DNA of 64,000 nucleotides from Octopus vulgaris. Lineage: Eukaryota. A program made the position numbers and the translations under genes. The stretch is taken from the NCBI GenBank assembly GCA_951406725.2, contig OX597830.1, positions 56,730,001-56,794,000 on the forward strand, read 5' to 3'. Under the pieces are notes generated by a model. That model did not search any database. It had not been told where the DNA came from and saw only the letters and a program-made list of their open reading frames with translations. Below are positions 50,305-64,000 of this stretch, one piece after another (within the stretch, counting starts at the first letter, position 1; each line of letters starts with the position of its first letter).

Positions 50305-51590
50305 GAAGAAAGGGATATTGGATATTGGAAATGGATATATTGATGGAGAAAGAAATGACGGAAAAATTTAAGGTAGAGTACTTGCGCAGACTAAGATTGA
50401 TCCTTAAGTCGAAATTAAACGGACGGAATAAGATTGAAGCCATCAACACCTGGGTGGTTTAACTCTTTAGATATGGAGCAGGGGTAATCGTATGGACAGT
50501 AGACGAATTAAACAGCTTAGACAGAAAGACAAGGAAGTTGCTGACTAGATATGGGACACTCCACCCAAAAAGTAACACAGACAGACTGTATGTACCAAGA
50601 AAAAGAGAGGGAAGAGGACTGATTGGATGCGAACACAGCATTAGAGCAGAAGAAAACAACATAGCATGGAATGTAAAAAATGTCACAGAACCGCTATTAC
50701 TGGAAGCAAGAAGCTCAGGCTTGCGTAGGATGGAAGATTGCAAAGATAAAGCACTGTAGAAGGATTTGAGAATGAATGAAACTGGAAATAGATGGATAAA
50801 GAAAAGAATGCATGGACAATTTCATTGGGATGCTGAAGATAAGACACGGAGAGAAAAAAAGATGGTTATGGATGACTAAAAGTGATTTAAAAACGGAAAC
50901 GGAGGCTTTAATCTGTGCTGCCCAAGAGCAAGCATCAAGGACCAATTACATCAAATACAGAAAGGGATAAGTGTAGAATTTGTGGACAAAATAGTGAAAC
51001 CGTATAGCATATTACCAGTAAATGTACACCACTAGCTCAGAAAGAATATAATAGACGTCATGACAATATAGTAAGGACTGTCCATTGGACACTTTGCAAC
51101 ACGTATGGACTTGACAGAGCAAAAACAAGTAGTACGAACATAAACCCGAAGGCATCATCGGAAATGATAATGCAAAGATTCTATGGGACTTTAAGATTCA
51201 GTGCAACCATGAGATAGAGAATAGGCAACCAAATATAGTGTTAACTGAGAAAGAAAGCAAACGATGCTGGATCATAAATATAGCGTACCCTGCTGACAAC
51301 AAGGTATTCGATAAGGTAGAAAGAAAAGTCGATAGATATAACAAGTTAACTTCAGATGTTAAGCAGTTGTGGTCGCTGAAAAAGGTGGTAGTAGTACCAA
51401 TAATTGTCGGAGTCCTTGTCTTGAGAAGTAAATGGAACAAATAGGGGCTGCAATAAGGGTGGAGTACTTGTAGAAAACAGCACTGCTTGGAGCCGCTCGA
51501 ATACTCCGGATGGTGCTCGAAAAATAAGGGGTGTTACTTTAGTTCACTGGTAGTGATCAGCTGACACCGTAATACATCTCCAGCGTTAGA
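50305..51590 (+). mobile_element. 5'-truncated R4/Dong-like non-LTR retrotransposon, decayed
   Basis: LKSKLNGRNKIEAINTW, DRLYVPRKREGRGL, CRICGQNSET.HITSKC, RRHDN, QPNIV..CWIINIAYP, VVPIIVG; ends in AATAATAA. Confidence 0.9.
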
Positions 51591-51906
51591 ATAATAATCT
51601 TTTCTACTCTAGGAACAAGGCCCGAAATTTTGGGGGATAGTGCCAGTCGATTAGATAGACCCCAGTATGCAACTGGTACTTAATTTATCGGCCCGAAAGG
51701 ATGAAAGGTAAAGTCGACCTCGGCGGAATTTGAACTCAGAACGTAAAGACAGACGAAATACTGTCAAGCTCGGCGTACTAACGTTTCTGCCAGCTCGCCG
51801 CCTTCTCGTTTTAAATAATAATATCACACCAAATGTGTTGAGTGCACTTTTCCTTCGTTTACCTACTCATTCTTATATGTATATGTGTATGTGCGTGTGT
51901 ATGTGC

Positions 51907-51943
<37 letters not shown>

Positions 51944-52305
51944 CGTGTGTGCGTGTGTGTATGAGTTTATATATGTGTGTATATGCATGTATTCAATAAC
52001 TATGTACGTATGCTTGCGTTTGTCACCCGGTGCTGGTTTGTTTACGTACCCTAACTTAGCAGTTCAGCCAAGGGGCTGATAGTATAAGTACCGGGCTTAA
52101 AAATGAAGTCCCGGGATTTATTTGTTCGACCATACCCTTCAAGGTGGTGCTCCACCATGGCCGCAGTCCAGTGTTAGAAACAAATATAACATATGTATGC
52201 ATGTGTGAGAATGTATGCGTGCATGTATGTATGTATGCATGGATGGATGGATGGATGTGTTTTTCTGTCTGTCTATCTTTCTGTCTGTCTGTCTGCATTT
52301 ATGTA

Positions 52306-53637
52306 TTGGGTTGGCAACTAAGTTGCCACCGGTTTTTTAAATTTAAATTTTTTAAAAGGTTTAATAAAAATTAACAACTAATTAATTAATAATGTATTCA
52401 CCCTTGTTGTTTACAACTTCTTCCCAACGTTCAACAAAATTTTCAATACCTCGTTGGTAGAAATCACCCGATTTCGACTCGAAAAATGATCCAACCAAAC
52501 TCTCAATTCTGCATCAGTATTGAGCAAAACTCCGCGCATAGCATTTGAAAGAGATTGAAAGAGGTGGAAATCCGTTGGTGCCAAATCAGGAGAGTACAGC
52601 GGGTGTGGCAGAACTTTCCAGCCATGTGCTTGAATGGCTTCCTTGGTCATATTGGCGATATGAGGGCGGGCGTCGTCGTGCAGCAGAAAAACTCCATGCT
52701 GCCGATTAGATCTTTTCTCTTGAATAGCCGTGTTGAGGTAGTTCCATTTGTTGAACATAGAGTTTCGCGTTGACCGTTTGGTTCCGATCAAGCAATTCGT
52801 AATGGATAATCAGTTCCCAGTCCCACCATAAGCACAACATCGTTTAACGCGGATGAAGATCTTGTTTCACGCGCGGTGTCGCCTGTTTACTTGGTCTAAG
52901 CCATTCCTTACACTGCTTCATATTGATGTACAGGCACCATTTTTCGTCGCCAGTAACGATTCGGTAAAGAAATCGTTGCTTGTGTCCATGAGTTGAGCGG
53001 TGACGAGCAAGCAAACCAGCGGAGATTGTGAGTCGTTGACTTTTGTTGTTGTCACTTAAAGCATGCAGAACCCATGCTCCATACTTCTGAACCTTTCCCA
53101 TCGAGTGAAGATGCTTCTCTATTACAGTGTGGGAGCACTCCCTTGTCGTTTGACGAGAATTTTCGTGCAAAAGTTGGTTTAATCGCTCTTCATCGAACTC
53201 AACTGGAAGGCCAGAACGAGGTGCGTCTTTGAGATCAAAATTTCCATTTTTGAACTTGGCATACCAATCACGAGCGATTCTTTCAACTATGGCACCCTCT
53301 CTACACACAGCACAAATGTCGCGAGCGGCTTTTGCGATCTTAGAACCTTAATTAAAAGCAAAAGGTGGTGTCGAAAATGCTCGTTTTTCTTAACTTGTCT
53401 TAACTTGACATTCCATTTTATTGATCTGATAATAAACAAAAATTAACTAAAATTAAGTAGGAAAACAAAAGAGAAAAAAACTAACAAAAAAACAAACAAA
53501 CAAACAAAATAGATTCCAAAATGATTCAAAAATAGAATTCTCGAAAAAAATAGATTCCAAAATTTAAAAACGCAATAAATTCCAAAATAATAATAATAAT
53601 AATAAAAAAAACGGCGGGAACTTAGTTGCCAACCCAA
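52306..53637 (-). mobile_element. Full-length mariner DNA transposon, inactive transposase
   Basis: TIRs TTGGGTTGGCAACTAAGTT / AACTTAGTTGCCAACCCAA with TA on both sides; 1332 bp; motifs WVLHAL, TGDEKW, HDDARPH, YSPDLAPTD; stop and frameshifts present. Confidence 0.95.
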
Positions 53638-53643
53638 TAGATC

Positions 53644-54093
53644 AGGCGTGAGCAACGTTTTGCTCGCGAGCAATTTCTGCGCGGCCTTCGGCGTCTTGTC
53701 TTGATTTCCAGTAGGTGCGTCCAGCGGCACATTTCTCGTGACCTGCTGGGATTTATTGAATCGACGGCAAATTTAACAGAGCCAGTCAGCGGCCGTCTTC
53801 TCCGCAGCCAGAACAGCATCCTACTTTCCAGATACTCCTGGCCTCCTCTTCCATGAAGCCGGACATTGACTCTCTATCTGTTTCAAAGAATCACCAGCCT
53901 TCACATTAATCGTTTCAGATTGTGATTACAGCAACTCTTTAGAAAGGTTCAATTTACATTTATTATCATTGATTTTGTGTGTTATTTGTTATTTTATTTG
54001 TGTTATTTTATCAGGTTGGGAGGGAGTGCGGTCCGCGAGGTGGCCTAGAAGTGGCCCAATGGCCTGAGACCTGATTTAGTTTGCCGACACCTA
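53644..54093. mobile_element. hAT-like MITE
   Basis: CAGGCGTGAGCAAC ... TTTGCCGACACCT ends; subterminal GCGGCC motifs. Confidence 0.5.
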
Positions 54094-54509
54094 ATTTAGA
54101 TAATAACCAAACATGTCATTAAAAATATATTTTGCTTTCTTACAATGATAAATATTTGTTAAACAAAAAAAAAATTCTATCCAAGGGGAAATACTCCTTA
54201 TTTAATACAATTTTGATGAAGGGTTGTTTCCCTTCTATTTAATTGTTTTTTTCTTTCTTCTTTTATTTTGTCGATTTTTAACTTGTTTTTGAGAAGTAAT
54301 ATAATCTCTTTCGTTTTATCAGTGTTGATAAAATTTCCAATCAAGTACAAGTCCACCATCACTGATCCGACATCTTCAGCGGACTGAAGGATGGTGGATT
54401 AGTGATTTGGGCGAATTACATAGTAGTTAAGCTAGAATTTATTGATATTGGTATTAAGATGCAGTGTTCTATGCCTCTTTCTCAACTAGCCTCTGATCAT
54501 CTGAACCTG

Positions 54510-54632
54510 TTGATAAAAAAGGGATGTCAGAAACATCTAGATAAGATCCCAGAAGAACCATGCCTCAGAGAAATCCAAAAGATTGTGCTGACAAGTACAG
54601 CCCACATCATTAGAAAAATCCTATCCATCTAA
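54510..54632 (+). mobile_element. Short RLE-LINE C-terminal fragment (same family as 49710-50165)
   Basis: IKKGCQKHLDKIPEEPCLREIQKIVLTSTAHIIRKILSI is close to the translation of 49913-50030. Confidence 0.82.
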
Positions 54633-54635
54633 ACA

Positions 54636-54905
54636 GTAGCCCCACCAGCACCATTAGCACCGCCAACACCACCAGCATCACCAGCGCCACCAACACCACC
54701 AGCACCACCAACACCACCAGCACCATTAGCACCACCAACACCACCAGCACCATTAGCACCACCAACACCAGAAGCACCACTAGCACCAGTAGCACCACTA
54801 GCATCACTAGCACCACCAACACCACCAGCATCACCAGCGCCACCAACACCACAATCACCACCAGCACCAGAAGCAACACTAGCATCACTAGCACCACCAA
54901 CACCA
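54636..54905. repeat. ACC/AGC-based 9-18 bp minisatellite
   Basis: Tandem CACCACCAGCACCATTAG-like units. Confidence 0.85.
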
Positions 54906-54911
54906 CTTGCT

Positions 54912-55171
54912 TTGTGGCAACCATCAAGCATATTGCATACTTGGACATAATAGCCCCTATTGAAGCCATAAAGATACCAAAAGCTCAGGGAGATGAACTA
55001 AGGTGGAAAGCAAAACAGGTACTTGAAAAAAGCAAAACTTCCTGAACCAAACATCAGTAAAGAAGAAAAGTTCACTATGAAAAGACTACAGAGTGACAAT
55101 TCTATCATAATACTTCCAGCGGACAAAGGAAATGCTACAGTAGTGATGAACAAGTCTGACTACTCTGAAAA
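54912..55171 (+). mobile_element. Penelope-like element ORF fragment
   Basis: ELRWKAKQVLEKAKLPEPNISKEEKFTMKRLQSDNSIIILPADKGNATVVMNKSDY; the ADKG motif precedes PLE RT. Confidence 0.82.
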
Positions 55172-55430
55172 ACACACACACACACACATGTTGTGGTGTT
55201 AGACATTAACACCCCTCTGGGATTTAAAGGTGGACTCATCAAATTCTTATAAAGAGTGTCTCGTTGAAGAAAAAGAAGTCATTGGAGACTCACGTGTTGG
55301 TAACCGGAAGTTACGTCTCTAAATACATCGTTTACTCCTACTTTGTTAAAATCATATATCCACAAGTAAGGATACAGTGTACACACACGCACACACACAC
55401 ACGCACACACACACGCACATACACATATAT

Positions 55431-55982
55431 AATAATGCCTCGATATTCAAGTTAATTTGTTCCTGGAGACCGCTCGTAAAGTGAAAACTTGTAAAGCAGA
55501 GCAATAATTTCCCATAGTAGCAATGTTATAAATCATAATTCATTCCCAGAAAAATACTTCATCCATAAAATTTACAATACTCGTAACTAAATGGCACTAA
55601 AGCTACTGTAGAATATAAAGGATTTTTTTATGTAAAAACAAAAGTCAAGATCATTTATAATGAAAAATATATTATAATCGTTTTCTGAATTACTTTCACT
55701 CACATTAGGTTTTCACACACCATCACTTGTAGACGCGATCGCCGATTCACAAGCACTCATAGACGGACTTGTAGAGTTCCTTTTAAAAACAAGTCCAGAG
55801 TTGTTTATTTACAAGAAGCTTTCATTCACTCTCAAAAAATTTCTTGGTAACACACAGAAGTGTTTGTTATGGTAGTAGAAACTTCTGCACTTCATTCAAA
55901 ATTTGGATCTTGTACTTGAAAAATTCAGCTCGTAAACCTGGAGTCTCATAAAGCGTGTCTTCGTAAAGTGAGATATTACCGT
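55431..55982. mobile_element. pogo/Tigger-like MITE
   Basis: AATAATGCCTCGATATTCAAG / TTCGTAAAGTGAGATATTACCG imperfect TIRs; repeated CTCGTAAA subterminal motifs. Confidence 0.5.
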
Positions 55983-56102
55983 ATACAATCCTACTCCAGT
56001 GTTTATCTTGGCAGGTTGTTTTATGTCCTTCGTAATGCCAACCATGTTACTGCACATACTGGGTGCATTTCTGTACCACTAGTAGTTATGATACAGTGTA
56101 TA

Positions 56103-56332
56103 TTTCTTTACTACCCACAAGGGGCTAAACCCAGAGAGGACAAACAAGGACAGACAAACGGATTAAGTCGATTACATCGACCCCAGTGTGTAACTGGAAC
56201 TTATTTAATTGACCCCGAAAGGATGAAAGGCAAAGTCGACCTCGGTGGAATTTGAACTCAGAACGTAGCAGCAGACAAAATACTGCTAAGCATTTTGCCC
56301 AGCATACTAATATCTCTGCCAGCTCGCTGCCT
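56103..56332 (-). mobile_element. SINE family 1, full-length copy
   Basis: Reverse complement of the 8487-8715 type. Confidence 0.85.
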
Positions 56333-56919
56333 TCATATCTATGATACAATGCAACTTGCAAGACAATGAACCCAAGAGAGTGTGGTTTACATTCGGATAT
56401 GAGGGGTTAAATGCTGAGAGAAAGGGCCACAGCAGAAAATACTAGATGAGCTACATGTTTACTTATTTTATAAGAGAAGGTGGGGAGGTGGAATGAGATG
56501 AAAATGGTAGTGATGAGGTGTTTAGGTGGACCCTCAAGGTGACTAAAAGAGAAGAACAAGGACTGTGGGTGGGAGAGGATTTCAAGGGTGCAATGGAGAA
56601 TTACAGTCGAGGAATCATCAAGAGGAAGTAGGTGACAATTGTGAAGACTGGGCACAGCTGAAGGGTAGATGTAGCAAATGGGGGATAAGGGTGGGGGATG
56701 CCAAATGTTGTATGCATCACAGAAAGTAGGGAAAGGAAAGACTGGACAATGTGTAAGGATGTGGGTGTGTGTGTGTGTGTGTGCTTTGTATGTGTGTATG
56801 TGTGTGTGTGTAGTTGTGTATAGGTTTGCATGCAGAAAAATAAACAAATAGATGTATTGATATTTTTATTAACATTTTTATTCCATTGAAGTTAATTAGA
56901 ATAATAAACATAAAGTTAG

Positions 56920-57210
56920 ATTTCTGAATATTATTTGATATTTTAGATAGTAAAAGTAAATTTTGAAAATTGTTAATATTTTGGGCAATAAAAATGAAAA
57001 GTTTTCTGAATATGCTAATAGAATAAAGTAATTTAAGAATTTGAATGTTGTTAATATTTGGGAATAAAGAATAAAATTTGAATGAAAAGTTAAATTCTGA
57101 ATGTTGTTAATATTTTAGGAGAATAAAAGTAAATTAAGAATTCTGAATGTTGTTAATATTTCAGGAGAATAAAAGTAAATTAAGAATTCTGAATATTGTT
57201 AACATTTTAG
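56920..57210. repeat. AT-rich ~45-bp minisatellite
   Basis: TTCTGAATGTTGTTAATATTTTAGGAGAATAAAAGTAAATTAAGAA repeated about 6 times, imperfect. Confidence 0.8.
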
Positions 57211-58529
57211 AACCTGTAACAAACATAGAGTGAAATATCTGTTATCTGTTATATATTGTGATGTTCCTGTCATTTCCCTTTGCAGCAGTTCATCCACTGG
57301 TCGATTTAAATTCAGTAATTCCTATTCTCCAACACTAATTTGGAAGTATCATATCTCTATTTCATACTTCAAGTTCTTACATTTACTTGACTGTTAGTAA
57401 AATACTTTTAATACATTACATTAAAACATTGGTTGGGTTGGCACAATTTTAGAATTTATTCTTATTTTGTCAGATTATTTCTGTCCCAAAACCATTAACA
57501 ACAACAACAACAACATCCATTCCTGAGGTTAGTGTTGCCGTTGCCTATGGTTTATTATGATTTAGTAAGTAATTGAGACTTTAAGAGTAGTAAATGTTAA
57601 TTATATAGTTATATGGTTGCATACAGTAGATAGAGGGAATTCTCGATAATTTGGTTAGACTCTGTTCCTAATATGAAAGTGTTATCTTTATATTTTGTAC
57701 TTCAGATTCTTGCATTTACCAGATTCTAAGCAAATTTATGTTAATATATTATGTTAAAATTCTGGATTATTTACTGGACCAAAATATTTGGTTTATACCT
57801 TAAAGTTTTTATTTTAGAATTCCTTTGTATGTCACAATGGTTTGTTATTATTATCAACTAGCTGATACTTTAAGTGTAATAAATGTTAATTATATGGTTA
57901 TATGGTTGTATGTAGTCGAGGGAATTATCACTAATTTAGGAAGAAAATGTTTCATCAGATTCAGGTAAGTCTTCTCCAGGAACAATCTCCTTATGGCTTT
58001 TTTCCATGAGATTCTCTTTTAACCATGCTAGAGATGTATCAATATTTTCCATCTGAAAATAAAGAACAATTGTTTGTTATTTTGTATTTAATATATACAA
58101 GCTGTCATATTTGTCTTTTCTTTTTTATTTTATTTACCTTCAGTTACAAATAAATTTTCATCAAAAGTATGAAATCCTGAAATATTTTTGACTTGCTGCT
58201 GGGCATTGTACTTCCTTTCAGTTTGTGATTGGCAGTTGTGGTGATGGTGGAGGGGGAGAGATGTCCCAAATTTGAAGTAAATATCAAAAACCAGTAAAAC
58301 TTATTTATTAATGTATTTGGTACAAGATAAAACAACAATCTGCCTCAAATGGTAGAGTATGAGATTAAATAATATGAATGGCTCCGTGGTAAGAAACTTG
58401 CTTCCCAACCACATCGTTCTGGGTTCAGTCCCACTGTGTGGCACCTTGGGCAAGTATTTTCTACTATAGCCTTGGATTGATCAAAATCTTGCAAGTAGAT
58501 TTGTTCGACAGAAGCTGAAAGAAACCCAT

Positions 58530-58568
<39 letters not shown>

Positions 58569-58574
58569 TTTCTG

Positions 58575-59139
58575 AGAAGGTAACAGTGATGGAGTAGGTG
58601 GTGTGGGAATATTTCTTGAAAAGAAATGGGTGGATAAGATCATAGAGGTAGTCTGAGTGTGCGATAGAACACTTAAGCTCAGGCAAGTCTTACAGAATAG
58701 CATAGCTACAATTATCTCTGCCTATGCCCCACAAGCAGGCCTGCCAAATGAACAGAAGGACCACATTTACTACATTCTTCTGCTGGCTACTTTAAAGATG
58801 AGGGACAATGGTTTTGTCTTCGTGGTTGGGGATTTCAATGGGCATGTCAAATGGCACCCTATTATCTACTATGCTGTATTCGGGGGCTGTGGAACTGATG
58901 TCCAAAACGAAGAGGGAACAAGGCTACTGGAGTTCTGTAATGCAAATGACTTACTGATCTGTAACACCAACTTCAGGAAGCCAGCCAACCACCTGATCAC
59001 TTATCAATCAGATGATTTTATTAGCCAGATTGATTTCATTCTCACCAGACAGTATGATGCATGGTTGCTCTTGAATACAAGGACCCTTGGAGATCAGCAC
59101 GACCTGCTGATCTCTAACTATGGAGGGAACCTGTGGTAG
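58575..59139 (+). mobile_element. RTE-type LINE AP-endonuclease fragment
   Basis: GVGGVGI, SAYAPQ, VGDFNGHV, NEEGTRLLEFC, TNFRK, SQIDFIL motifs; in-frame stop upstream. Confidence 0.9.
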
Positions 59140-60800
59140 AAGTAGATCCAGGAAGACATGGGACGAGGTGGCAAAACATGAATTTCGAACTTTGAGCCTC
59201 ACAGAGGCAATGACCACTGGCTGAGACCTTTGGCGATTATGCTGTGCTTGACAAGACCCATCAAGCCAAGTGAGTTCAAAGTCATGACTGATGCTAGAGT
59301 CATGTAACAGGCACTTGTGCTGGTGGCATGTAAAGAGCACCTTTCAAGTGTTGGACCTCATGGAGGGAGTTCCTTTCGGGTGTTGAGCTTCACAGAGGCA
59401 AAGTGGCTGTGTTACTTTCAAGTATTTGGCCTCACAGAGGCAATGACTAAGACCTTTGGCATTATGTCATGTATGAGAAGAAGATCCATCAACCCAAGCA
59501 AAATCACAGTCATGGTAAATACCATTGTCATGCAAATGGCACCCATGCTGGTGGCACATAAAAGCTCCCATTACACTCTTGGTGTAGTTGGTGTTAGGAA
59601 GGGCATCCTGCTGTAGAAATCATGCCAAATCAGCCTTGTAGAATGCCAGCCCAGTCAAACCATCCGACCCATGGACAACAGACGTTAAATGATGATGATG
59701 ATGATGAAGGTGATATATATATGAATATACATACATATGTGTGTGTGTGTGTGTGTGTACTTCTTTGTGCTTGTGTATGTCCTCCACCACCACTAAAGAA
59801 CCAGTGTTGGTGTGTTCATGTCCCCACAACTTAGTGGTTCACAAAATAGACCAATAGAATAAGAACCAAGCTTAAAAAAAGAAAGTTCTGGAGTCGATTA
59901 GCTCAACTGAGGTTTTTCAAGATGGTGCCTCAAAATGGTTTCAGTCTAAGGACTAAAACAAGTAATGGATAAGAGACAAAAGATAAATATATAACTTTAA
60001 ACAGGAAATATTTACTAAAGAATGGCAATAAAATTTTACAGAAGTTTTTATGCTAAAACTGGAAAATAAATTAAAAGTAATAAATTATTTTCATTCTGAG
60101 AAATTGTTTATTGTGTTGTAACTCTTCTTCCTTCAACGTTAACTGGTCAATTTGTGAACATAATTTGCTAAACTTTTCTTCAATATTCTGTGTATTTTCA
60201 TTCTGAGAAATGTTTAGTTGCTGTTGTAATTCTTCTACCTTCGATTTTAATTGGTTAATTCTGTAAAGAAAACATATTACATTGAAAGGATTTTATTAAA
60301 AGCTGTGGGTGCAATTTTTAATGAAAACCTTTAAATGAATCAGAAACTTAAAACAAAATAGTTTGGAACAGTGATAACTTGTTTTTCTTTTTTTTTTGTT
60401 ATTTAATCCCAGGTCAGTCCTGATTGAGGATTCAAATGATCACAAATGTTCCATTCATGAATAGTCCATCTCCCGTGTACCTAGTTGCAGTTACTTGGTG
60501 ACTTTACGAATGCTAGAGGCATGAAAGAAGCATCTGGTACACACTGTAAAGTGGTTGGCATTAGGAAAGGCATCAAGGAATGGAAACCATGCCAAAGCTG
60601 ACAGTGGAGCTTGGTACAGCCCTACAGCTCATGGGATCCTGTCAAACTGTTCAACCCAAGCCTGTAAAGAAAACATGTTAAATGCTGCTACTGATGATGA
60701 TGATGATGATGTTCAACATTGTCCAAAAGTGTTTGTCCATTTTTACTTGTAGAGTGGTTCACAATAAATCAGTTTTGTGCTCAATATATTTAATGATGGA

Positions 60801-61030
60801 GGGTGGTGAGCTGGCAGAATCGTTAGCACACCAGGCGAAATGCTTAAAGGTATTTTGTCTGCCATTAAGTTCTGAGTTCAAATTCCACCAAAGTCAACTT
60901 TGCCTTTCTTCCTTTCGGGGTCAGTTAAATAAGTACCAGTTATGCACTGGGGTCGATGTAATCGACTTAATCCCTTTGTCTGTCCTTGTTTACCCCCTCT
61001 ATGTTTAGCCCCCTGTGGGCAATAAAGAAA
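60801..61030 (+). mobile_element. SINE family 1, full-length copy
   Basis: Matches 8487-8715. Confidence 0.85.
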
Positions 61031-64000
61031 TAAACATACTTAATGATGGAGTATTCCTATCATTAGTTCCACCCATGCCAGTATGGAAGGTGGACATTAA
61101 ACAGTGATGATGATGATGACGCATAACATATCAGTTACTGTTTTCAACTGATGATTTCACTCAAGAAAATTTTTTATGTCACAAAATTAAAAACCAATAT
61201 GAAGCTATAAGCAAAACTCAAATCCTTCCTGTTAAATTAATTGACATTTTCCTTTTATTGTTTGTCAGTATAAATAATTATACTGAGATCAGACAAAATA
61301 TTCACAATTGAAGAATATTATTGTCAATTTCTAACCACTGAAAAAGTTATTTGAGGAAAAGGACAAAGTTGCAAGTTAATAGGATATAGTACAAATAGAA
61401 CTAATGGTTAAGTGTTTGTAGTTTGTCACTGGTGTTGCATGAGTTCAAGGTTAAAACACTTAACTGATCAATCCTCCTAACAATAAATAGGAGAATGCAA
61501 TAAAGGAAATTCAAACTTGTAGAGTTGGCTTGATATCTTTCTTTGGAATTCAGACATAACATTTTTTCATACAGTTCTATGGGTAACAAAGTAAAGTAGA
61601 CCCAATAAGAATAAATGAAGCCTTGAAAATAAACAGATAAGTTTTAATGCCTTTATTGAGACAAAGATGTCAGTTATTATCTCATGAGCTGTCATAAAGT
61701 TGAATCAAGTTTCATGTTTGTAAGGTAGTAAACAAGGATACTTAAAACTCTATCAGGTCATTGCCATTTTGTTCTATTCTCAACTTGAAGTTTTAATTCC
61801 GTTAGAATCAACTTTGTCATTAACCAGTCAGAGCAAATGAAATGTATACTATGCTCTCAAGTGTATTTGGTCAACTACATCCTACCCTTATTATTTTTTT
61901 CTTGAGAAAATTGTTTTGCTAGTGTCAGAACATCAGCTTAATGCATATAAATTTGAAAATGAAATCACTTACAAATCCTTGTCATTACTGTCAGGTTTAT
62001 GCTGCCTTGAGAGGTAAGACTGAACCATCTTATGCTCCCACTCAAGTAAGTAGCTTGCATAATCAGAGCGATATTCACGTGCTGTGGAAGAAAGTTATAG
62101 CAGCAATTAATTATTGAAATAAAAAGTTATTCTAGATAAGTTGTAGTGGTTACAGAGTGTCAAGATAAACACACAAGGTTGTAATGTTTAAGGAGTGTAG
62201 TTGCAACTCATAATGTTCTACAAGAGATTATGGAGTGTAGCAGTGAAGGAAAGATAAAACTGCAGTGGCTGTAGAGTACACTGGTAATGGTTATATAAAG
62301 CTCTAGTGATGATAAAGTATAATGATAACATGGAGATGAAATTGTAGTAGCTTTGAAAGGTAGTGGCAATATGGAAATACTGCAGACGTAGTTATAAGGT
62401 CTATGAGATAATGTTGGAGATGCTACAGAGTTAAATAGTAAATGCTGTTTGGTTAGATAATGTTGATGTAACAATCATTGTAGTAATGAAGTACAATGGA
62501 GTACACTTATAAAAAGTTAGTGGTTATAGACTGCAGTGTACATCTAGAGAAAACGTTGCATTGGATTACATTATGTAAGTGCTGTTATGTGCATAATGTC
62601 GAGGCTGTAGAGTTTAATAGTAACAGAAAGTTGCAGCAGCAATGGAGTGTAATCGTAACCTGTAGACAATGCAGTGGCCATATAATGTAGAGGTAATGCA
62701 AATATATACATACAATTGCTGTGGAGTTAAAACATAGATAAGGTTGTGGTAACTAGGACATAGTTTTAAAAAGAGATTATGTCGTACTGGTTATTGAATG
62801 CAGTGCTAAGATAAATTTGCATTTGCTATGAAGTGTAGTAATAATCCATTAAATACAAGAAACGGCTGGATTGATCTTGAAGACATGAAACCAGAAAAAT
62901 GTTGTAGTGTGTTTATGAAGTATAGCAATGACATGGATTCTGTTGTGTCTGGGGAGAGTCATTTTCTTTTTGTGCCTTATAATGTAACACACTCAATGGT
63001 AAAATTTCCACTTATTTCTTATTTCTATTTTCCTAAAACTTTTGTTGCGTCTTGCAACTTTTTCAATAGTCTTGACTCTGTTTGTTATTTACACTGCGTT
63101 CCCTTTTGTTTGTTTGTGCATGCATGTACGAATGTATGTGTGTATGTATGTATGCATGTGTATGTATGTATATATGTGTGTGTGTGTGTGTGTGTGCATC
63201 TGTATGTATGTATCCTGTATATTCATGTGCTTGCATGTCCATGTTTGTGTATTTACTATGTATGTGTGTGTGAGCATGTGTTTGTATATGTATGCACCTC
63301 TGTCTCCTTGTGTGTGCATGTGTGTGTGTGTGTGTGTGTGTATGCACTAACAGATTGGTAGTACATATATCATAATGTAGTTGCTAGAGGGTTTAGTTCT
63401 AACAAACAGGTAACAATGTAGTGGCTGTGGAATGAAGTTGCATATATAAGAGTTTATGAAGCATAATGGTAACACAAAGAGTTATAGAGGCAATGCAGTG
63501 AATAAAGTGTGGTGGTTATGAAGATAATTAGGCTGTTGTGGCTATGGATTATAGCAGTAATAACTGGGTAAAGTTTTAGAGGATCCTTTGTTATGGCATA
63601 TACCCCTGCTGTTAGTGACTAACAAACAGATTTCTTGCAGACACCTCAGTTATGTAGTATAGTGATGCAAAATATCTCTAACAGTAAAAACTGTATCCAA
63701 TAATAGGCAGAAGTACAAATTTGGAAAATCACAAATAATAGAAATAAAACAAAGAAAAAGATATTTACAAAATACGTATTTTATTCCAGGCCCCTGATCT
63801 TTTGTCTTTTGATACAGATAACGACAAAATTGGTAGATGTTACTGAGTATTACAAATGGAGGAGGCAAAAGAGGGCGGATAGAAAACTCATTGATAATGT
63901 AATATCTTTGGAAGAACCAGTGGAGATTACTTTTTTTCTGAACTTTTTCATAAGTAGAACTGAAAAGGGAAAACAGAAAATATTATGGAGTACAACTAAT

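Noticed and set aside
54352-54400. Half hammerhead (minus CTGAAGA + stem) near the Penelope fragment
   Set aside because: The GAAA and stem III half is missing; at most a truncated pLTR remnant.
62080-63570. Recurrent TGYAGTGGYTRTAGAG-like motif
   Set aside because: Irregular and highly degenerate; consistent with an old minisatellite.

Overview
AT-rich, microsatellite- and transposon-dense animal genomic DNA. The SINE types and repeat landscape suggest an octopus or other cephalopod; this is an inference, not checked against a database. Host genes: (1) the last 11 coding exons (8111-23984, + strand, all GT-AG and phase-consistent) of a P5B-type ATPase (ATP13A3/ATP13A2-like); (2) a decayed ankyrin-repeat + RING (mind bomb/MIB2-like) pseudogene on the - strand (about 26943-28832). 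The most striking structure is at 34034-40814. Three diverged ~1.8-1.9 kb units lie head-to-tail on the - strand, each encoding only an ORF1/Gag-like CCHC zinc-knuckle protein with no RT or endonuclease. They have covarying 5' and 3' RNA hairpins and a 3' tail shared with the window's commonest SINE. They abut a fourth decayed relative, and the whole array lies between Helitron-type termini. A 4.3 kb three-motif higher-order satellite follows. Also present: a direct repeat carrying two type I hammerhead-like motifs 478 nt apart (31150-31833), three mariner fossils, R4/Dong-like, RTE-like and Penelope fragments, MITEs, non-autonomous Helitrons and several SINE families. Repeat boundaries were read by eye and are approximate.
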